A stretch of DNA of 64,000 nt, from positions 352,001 through 416,000 of the forward strand of contig NZ_JAQNDL010000004.1 in NCBI RefSeq assembly GCF_028368995.1, written 5' to 3'. The DNA comes from Nannocystis bainbridge. Lineage in GTDB: Bacteria > Myxococcota_A > Polyangia > Nannocystales > Nannocystaceae. Positions 58,827 through 64,000 of this stretch are shown piece by piece; the first letter of the stretch is position 1, and each line of letters opens with the position of its first letter. Both the position numbers and the translations under genes were made by a program. The notes beneath the pieces are model-generated. The model saw only the letters and a list, made by a program, of their open reading frames with translations, was not told where the DNA came from and did no database searches.

Positions 58827-59437
58827 AGCGCGTCGTCCTCGGCGGGGAAGGGCCGAACGAGCTCGGCGGCTGGTGCAACCTGCCCCCGTATCGCGCAGAA
58901 ACACCGGTTCCGGGGGTGCTCGAGGCGCTGTTGCGGCACGTCCGTCCTGACGGATGGATCGTCATCGACGCCGTAGTTTGGAGCTCGATCCGGAAGTATC
59001 GCGCCGGAGGTCACGCGGACGCCGAGGAGCGCAACGTGCTCGGTCTGGTCTTGAAGGCGCGAGAGCGCGGCGCCGACATCGTCGCCTTCGCGCGCGACTG
59101 CGACGGCGACGGAGCGCAGCACCGCCGCCGAATCGCCTCGATCGACGTCGGGCTCGCGCGCGCGCGCGAAGAGTTTCCGCAGGGTCCAGCCGTGATTGGT
59201 GGGAGCGCCGTGCGCATGCTCGAGGCTTGGGTCCTCGCTATCGGCGGCGAGCGACGGACCGAAGAGATGGGTCGAGAGGGACTTGAGACGGGATTTCAGC
59301 GGTTCCAGATCCCGCTCAAGAAGACCCCTGCGCTGGTCGACTTTGTTCAGAAGGCGGACCTCGGCAGGATTCCCGCCGATGCCGTGTCGCTGACGAAATG
59401 GTTGGCGCGAGCGCGTGAGGTCCTCGCTCCGTCTTGA
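58823..59437 (+). CDS. TOPRIM-like (DUF4276/RloB-type) putative nuclease partner
   Basis: N-terminal strand then EGPNE, FARDCDGD (DxD), MLEAWVL; ATGA overlap with the ATPase. Confidence 0.65.
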   Translation: MKRVVLGGEGPNELGGWCNLPPYRAETPVPGVLEALLRHVRPDGWIVIDAVVWSSIRKYRAGGHADAEERNVLGLVLKARERGADIVAFARDCDGDGAQHRRRIASIDVGLARAREEFPQGPAVIGGSAVRMLEAWVLAIGGERRTEEMGREGLETGFQRFQIPLKKTPALVDFVQKADLGRIPADAVSLTKWLARAREVLAPS

Positions 59438-59455
59438 GCACGCCTCGATCCGCTG

Positions 59456-59625
59456 GGCATGTCCGAACGGTCAGCAGCGATGAACGCTCGGGACATGTCG
59501 CTCGCGGTCTAGACCCCACTCGTCCGGCGCGAATGGCTGGCACTCGGGACATGTCCTGTCGGTCAGACTGGTTGACCGATCTCTGGCGCTAGCGAGCGGC
59601 TGGCACTCGGGACATGTCCCTCGCG
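59456..59625. repeat. Cluster of GACATGTC sites including a 22-bp direct repeat
   Basis: Cores at 59456, 59492, 59548, 59611; GGCTGGCACTCGGGACATGTCC at 59535 and 59598. Confidence 0.8.
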
Positions 59626-59626
59626 G

Positions 59627-59974
59627 CTAGTCCCACTCGCACACGCGGTGCTTGCACTTCTGGCCGGCGGCGCAGTCGGCGGCGGTGCTGCAGGCGTAGA
59701 AGCAGCGCTTGTGCTCGCACAGCAGGCCGGCGGGGCACTCGGCGTCGGCCTCGCACTCGAAGGTGCACATGCCGCCGTCGCACTCCTTCTTGTCGCAGCA
59801 GTGGCCGGAGCTGCACTCGTCGTCGTCGTCGCAGAAGGCCCCGATGCCGCCGGGGCAGTTGGGGTCGTAGCGGCAGTCGCCTCCAGGGAGGCCCGGGGGT
59901 CCGCAGGTGACGCTCAGCAGGGCGCCGATGGAGAGGCCGAGGAGGGTGTGAAGCCAGCCGGGCGATCGGTGCAT
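59627..59974 (-). CDS. Small Cys-rich exported protein
   Basis: Hydrophobic signal then many Cys in C-x4/5-C repeats (CDDDDEC, CEADAEC, CSTAADC). Confidence 0.7.
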   Translation of the reverse strand: MHRSPGWLHTLLGLSIGALLSVTCGPPGLPGGDCRYDPNCPGGIGAFCDDDDECSSGHCCDKKECDGGMCTFECEADAECPAGLLCEHKRCFYACSTAADCAAGQKCKHRVCEWD

Positions 59975-60012
59975 GGAGCGAGGATCGACGGGGACGCGGA
60001 GGACGTCAACGG

Positions 60013-60567
60013 TCAGGGCTGCGGTCCGGAAGCCCCGGCCGTGAGCAGGGCCGCGTCGAGCCGGGCCTCGAGATCGGCGCCGGGCAGGGCCCACACGCCG
60101 ATGAGGCCGGCCGCGCGGGCGGCGTCGATGTTGCCGCGCTGATCGTCGATGACGACGACGTCCGAGGCGAGGCCGCGGAGGTGCGCCCAGAAGCGCGGGT
60201 CGGGCTTGGCGACGCCGAGTTCGCCGCTGCAGAGCCAGTGATCGACGAGGCCGGAGTCGCCGATCTGGTCACGCACGAGGGGCAGCCAGGCGCGGGCGAA
60301 GTTGGTGGCGAGGGCGATCCGGTGGCCCCGCGCGCGCAGGCGCGAGACGAGCGCGAGCCGGTCTGTCCGCAGGCGCAGGCAGGCGCGGTAGGCGGCGGCG
60401 GTCGCCGGGTCCCAGAAGTCGTCTTCGTCGATCGCGCCGACCCGCAGGCGGTGCCAGCGGTCGCGGTCGGGGGCGCCGTCGAGCTCCCGCCACGACGGCT
60501 CGGCGAGCACGCCGATCAGGTCGAAGGCGACGAGCGGGAGGGCGGACGAGGAGGTCGGTTCGGACAT
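60013..60567 (-). CDS. HAD-superfamily phosphatase (YihX-like)
   Basis: Motif I VAFDLIGVL, ALATN, SGELGVAKPDPRF, VIDDQRGNIDAARAAG. Confidence 0.85.
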   Translation of the reverse strand: MSEPTSSSALPLVAFDLIGVLAEPSWRELDGAPDRDRWHRLRVGAIDEDDFWDPATAAAYRACLRLRTDRLALVSRLRARGHRIALATNFARAWLPLVRDQIGDSGLVDHWLCSGELGVAKPDPRFWAHLRGLASDVVVIDDQRGNIDAARAAGLIGVWALPGADLEARLDAALLTAGASGPQP

Positions 60568-60678
60568 GGTTAAAAAAGGGTCGGGCTTCAGGACGTTCAC
60601 GTCTAGCGAGCCGCTCGCGGGACGGAGGTCGACGAGGCCCGGGCCGTCGGCGGGGACCGTAGCTCGTCGCGCCGCGAG

Positions 60679-60784
60679 GAGATGTCCGAACGCACATGCT
60701 CGTATGAACATGCGCATATGGACATGTACAAACAGACATGCGCTTTTGGACCTGCGCGTTCGGACATGTCCTTCACAGCAGGCC
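60679..60784. repeat. Longest 14-bp-phased array (8 cores)
   Basis: Cores at 60679, 60693, 60707, 60721, 60735, 60749, 60763, 60777. Confidence 0.9.
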
Positions 60785-61780
60785 GTAGCGGACCAGGTGG
60801 TCGGGGGAGCGCTGCCACAGGTGGCCGACCACGGCGGTGGCGGCCTCGTCGAAGCGCTCGGCGCCGGCGCGCAGGCGGCGGTACACCGGGGAGGCGTCCC
60901 GGACGTCGTAGGCGAGGAGGTCGAGGGCGCGGCGGGTGTCGGGCTCGGCGAGGGCGGCGAGGAAGGCGTCGTAGGCGGTGACGAGGCCGGCGCACAGGGG
61001 GAGGCCGTCCAGCGGGCGCAGGGCGTCGGCGATCCGCAGCAGCGGCGGGCGGGGCAGCTGCTCGGCGAGCCAGCCGTCGCGGGCCTCGTCGGGCAGCAGC
61101 GCGGCGCGGCAGAACACGGCGAGGTTGGCGAGGTGCCACAGCTTGCGCGAGTGACGGAGCTTGAAGTAGCGGATGGCCCAGTGCTTGCCGGCGTTCTCGA
61201 CCTTGAACCGGTAGTCGACGCAGATCGTGCGGTAGTAGCGGTGGAGGTCGTTGCTCAGCGAGGTGAGGTAGCGGCCGCGGGTGATGGCGCCGGCCGTGTA
61301 GGCGCCGAACACCTGCTCGACGATGGCGGCGGCGTCGCCGGCGTTGGCCAGCCAGGCGCCCTCGGTCAGCAGGAGGGCGCGGTAGGTCAGGTGATCGTTG
61401 CTGTCGTCGCGGCCGCCGATGTCGCCGAGCAGGTCGTCGAGGACGACGGCGCTGTGGAAGGTCTTGTCGGGGACGTCGAGGCCGCGGGCGCGCAGGGCGG
61501 CGGCCAGGGCCTCGCGCGCGCCGTCGGCGTCGACGGGGGCGATGGCGCCGCGGCGGTAGACGACGGCCAGGTCGAGGTCGCTGAGGGCGCTCGACTCGTG
61601 GCGGCCGAGCGAGCCGAGCGCGAAGGCGGCGCAGCCTGGCGGGACGGCGCCGACGAGGGCGCGTCGCAGCTCGGCCAGGCGGGCGTGCGAGCCGGCGGCG
61701 GCGGCGAGCACGTGGGACGCGTCGGCTGCGGTCAACCCGAGCTCGGCGAGCAGCGGCGCGTAGTCGACCGGTCCGCGCAT
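60773..61780 (-). CDS. Pol-beta superfamily nucleotidyltransferase, HalB (Hailong)-like
   Basis: GSLGRHE...SDLDL, IGGRDDSN..LTYR.LLL.E, NDLHRYYRTICVDY..K, W.IR..KL..SRKL, C-terminal RYGLL. Confidence 0.75.
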   Translation of the reverse strand: MRGPVDYAPLLAELGLTAADASHVLAAAAGSHARLAELRRALVGAVPPGCAAFALGSLGRHESSALSDLDLAVVYRRGAIAPVDADGAREALAAALRARGLDVPDKTFHSAVVLDDLLGDIGGRDDSNDHLTYRALLLTEGAWLANAGDAAAIVEQVFGAYTAGAITRGRYLTSLSNDLHRYYRTICVDYRFKVENAGKHWAIRYFKLRHSRKLWHLANLAVFCRAALLPDEARDGWLAEQLPRPPLLRIADALRPLDGLPLCAGLVTAYDAFLAALAEPDTRRALDLLAYDVRDASPVYRRLRAGAERFDEAATAVVGHLWQRSPDHLVRYGLL

Positions 61781-61781
61781 G

Positions 61782-62879
61782 TCAGATCTCCGGGCCCTCG
61801 GCGCCGGGTATGACTGTCCATCGGGACATGTCCTCATGGACATGGTCGTCGAGCGTGATCGGCAGGGTCAGCTGGGCCGCGGCGTGGCGCGGGCTGACGA
61901 ACGCGAGCTGACGGCTGTGACGGTAGCGGCGCGACCACTGCGGGCGAGCGAGGCCGTGCGGACCGGGGGCGACGGTGGCGTCGACGAAGTAGCGCTTGTG
62001 CACGCGCGGGACCACGTCGTCGCCGCCGGGCGGGGGCACGCGGGTGCTCTGGAAGCGGTCGTCTTGCCCTTCGGACAGGCCGCTGCGGCGCGCGTGAGTC
62101 TCGACCAGGCCGCGCAGGGCGGCGTCGTCGAACTCGGCGAAGCGGGCGAAGATCCGGTGGTCGAACGCGTCGGCGACCGCGCGCGACAGCTCGGCCTCGC
62201 ACACGATGTTGGAGGGCAGGTTGATGACCTCGCTGTAGATCCGGTCCTTGAGGTTCCAGAAGCGGTCGATGACGGGGAGCGCGTCGGGGTCGATGAGCAG
62301 CTCGCGGCCGCGGCGGACGAACACGGCCCGCGGCAGGCGCACGCCGGCGCGGCCGAAGGTGCGGGCGGTGCGGACGATGCCGTCGAGGGTGTCGAGGTTG
62401 ATCGGGGCGAGCAGCAGGGCCGAGAGGTCGAGCGCGAGGCCGTCGCCGCGGCCGCCGATGATGGCCCACACGCGCTCGGGGTCGAGGTCGACGCTCTGCA
62501 GCACGGGGCGCAGCGAGAGGGCCTCCGGGATCGCGCCGTTGCCGAGGACGATCCACTCGCTGACGCCGTGGTGGGCGACGCCGAGGGCCCGCTCGAAGCC
62601 CGGCTCGGCCGCGTGCGACAGCGGGAAGTGGCCGATGTCGTGCAGCAGGCAGGCGGCGACGAAGTGGCGCAGATCGGCCTCGGCGAGGCCCAGCGCGGCG
62701 CCGAAGCGGTGACCGAGGGTGGCGACGCCGAGCGAGTGGTCGAGGCGGGTCGCGGGGTCGTGGCTGCGCGGGTGCCAGTCGAGGGTGCCGAGGAAGCTGA
62801 CCCGACCGAGGCGCTGCACCCACGACGAGTCGAGCAGCGGAGCGCCGAGCAGACGGACGAGGGCCGGGGGGGGAGGCAC
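61782..62879 (-). CDS. HD-domain phosphohydrolase (dNTP triphosphohydrolase-like)
   Basis: VQRLGRVSFLG, RLDHSLGV, LLHDIGHFPLSH, INLDTLD; GTG start inferred. Confidence 0.82.
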   Translation of the reverse strand: MPPPPALVRLLGAPLLDSSWVQRLGRVSFLGTLDWHPRSHDPATRLDHSLGVATLGHRFGAALGLAEADLRHFVAACLLHDIGHFPLSHAAEPGFERALGVAHHGVSEWIVLGNGAIPEALSLRPVLQSVDLDPERVWAIIGGRGDGLALDLSALLLAPINLDTLDGIVRTARTFGRAGVRLPRAVFVRRGRELLIDPDALPVIDRFWNLKDRIYSEVINLPSNIVCEAELSRAVADAFDHRIFARFAEFDDAALRGLVETHARRSGLSEGQDDRFQSTRVPPPGGDDVVPRVHKRYFVDATVAPGPHGLARPQWSRRYRHSRQLAFVSPRHAAAQLTLPITLDDHVHEDMSRWTVIPGAEGPEI

Positions 62880-63050
62880 GGCCCTCGGACGCTGGCACAG
62901 GCCCGCGGTGCTGCCAAGGGGGGACGCCGCGGCGCTCGCCGCAGCGTCACGCAGACAGGCCGTGAGGTGCGGGTCGGATCGCCGCGTGTCGGCCTGCGTC
63001 GGGCCCGCTTGCAAACCGGCGCGCGCTCTGCGAAGCCATGCGGCGACGGC

Positions 63051-63554
63051 ATGACGAAGAAGTCCGCGAAGATCCGCTGTTGGCTGATGAAGAGCGAGCC
63101 GGACGTGTTCTCGATCGACGATCTGCAGCGGCTCGGCAAGACCGCCTGGGAGGGCGTGCGCAACTACACCGCCCGCAACTCGATGCGCGACGACATGAAG
63201 ATCGGCGACCTGGTGATCTTCTACCACTCGAGCGTCGAGCCCGCCGGCGCGGTCGGGCTCGCTCGCGTGTGCAGCGCGCCGTACCCCGATCCGACCCAGT
63301 TCGACGAGAAGAGCGAGTACCACGATCCCAAGGCGACCCGCGAGGCGCCGCGGTGGATCCTCGTCGACGTCGAGTTCGTCGAGAAGTGGCCGGCGATGGT
63401 GACGCTGCAGGCGCTCAAGGCCGACAAGAAGCTGAAGGACATGCTGGTGGTGCAGAAGGGTCAGCGGCTGAGCGTGCAGGCGGTCGAGCCGCGCCACTTC
63501 GTGCACGTGCTGCAGCTGGCCGGCAGCGCGCAGGGCGAGGCGGTGTCGGCGTGA
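63051..63554 (+). CDS. EVE domain protein
   Basis: WLMKSEPDVFSIDDL, WEGVRNYTARN, FYHS, YPDPTQFD, QRLSVQ. Confidence 0.93.
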   Translation: MTKKSAKIRCWLMKSEPDVFSIDDLQRLGKTAWEGVRNYTARNSMRDDMKIGDLVIFYHSSVEPAGAVGLARVCSAPYPDPTQFDEKSEYHDPKATREAPRWILVDVEFVEKWPAMVTLQALKADKKLKDMLVVQKGQRLSVQAVEPRHFVHVLQLAGSAQGEAVSA

Positions 63555-64000
63555 GCGCGGCCCGCAACATCGAGCTCAAGGCCCGCTGCCCCGACCTGGC
63601 GGCGGCCCGCGCTGCCGCCGAGCGCCACGGGGCCCGCTTCGTCCGCGTCGAGCACCAGCGCGACACGTTCTTCCACGCCCGCACCGGTCGCCTCAAGCTG
63701 CGCGAACGGACATGGCGCGAGGGACAGGACGCAGAGGACAGGTCGGACGCGGAGCTGATCCCGTACGAGCGCTCGGACACCGGCGGGGCGCGGGAGAGCC
63801 GCTACCACGTGGTGCCGGTGATCGAGCCTGCCGCCCTGATCGCGGGGCTGGCGGCGGCGCTCGGGATCCGCGGGGCGGTGGTGAAGCGGCGCGAGCTGTG
63901 GATGTGGCACAACGTGCGGATCCACCTCGACGCGGTCGAGGGGCTGGGGGCGTTCGTCGAGTTCGAGGCGGTGATGCTGCCCGGCGAGACGGACGCCGAG
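63551..64000 (+). CDS. CYTH / class IV adenylate cyclase family protein (partial, runs off the window)
   Basis: RNIELKAR, QRDTFF..GRLKLRE, VVKRREL, RIHLDAVEGLGAFVEFE; not in the ORF track because there is no stop in the window. Confidence 0.88.
   Translation, partial: MSAARNIELKARCPDLAAARAAAERHGARFVRVEHQRDTFFHARTGRLKLRERTWREGQDAEDRSDAELIPYERSDTGGARESRYHVVPVIEPAALIAGLAAALGIRGAVVKRRELWMWHNVRIHLDAVEGLGAFVEFEAVMLPGETDAE

Noticed and set aside
61782-63506. 574-aa version of the HD ORF
   Set aside because: The N-terminal ~200 aa overlap the EVE gene antisense and the promoter gap; HD-like sequence begins near the GTG at 62879

Overview
Very GC-rich bacterial chromosome segment with myxobacterial hallmarks: an MrpC-like Crp regulator, a GltA/GltB-type outer-membrane barrel pair, a Ser/Thr kinase-sigma54 activator fusion and Cys-rich lipoproteins. 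Nannocystaceae is my guess, not a result. Content is mostly housekeeping: ccsA-hemA, hemC, thiS-thiG-thiE, alr, tRNA-Gln/tRNA-Glu, ggt, bolA, purM, accD-folC, alkA, ftsY, smc, aat. The strongest unexplained signal is a 14-bp palindromic unit, TGTC-N6-GACA (extended ACMTGTC-N6-GACAKGT). It forms head-to-tail arrays in strict 14-bp phase with non-repeated N6 spacers. These lie at or next to every convergent gene junction, inside poorly conserved protein loops and tails (including the SMC hinge), and as single sites written with rare codons. They are absent from divergent promoter regions. Near the right end are two candidate defence modules: an ABC-ATPase plus TOPRIM-like pair, and an HD phosphohydrolase plus Pol-beta nucleotidyltransferase (HalB/Hailong-like) followed by a HAD phosphatase. 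All family calls come from motif recognition only; no searches were run.
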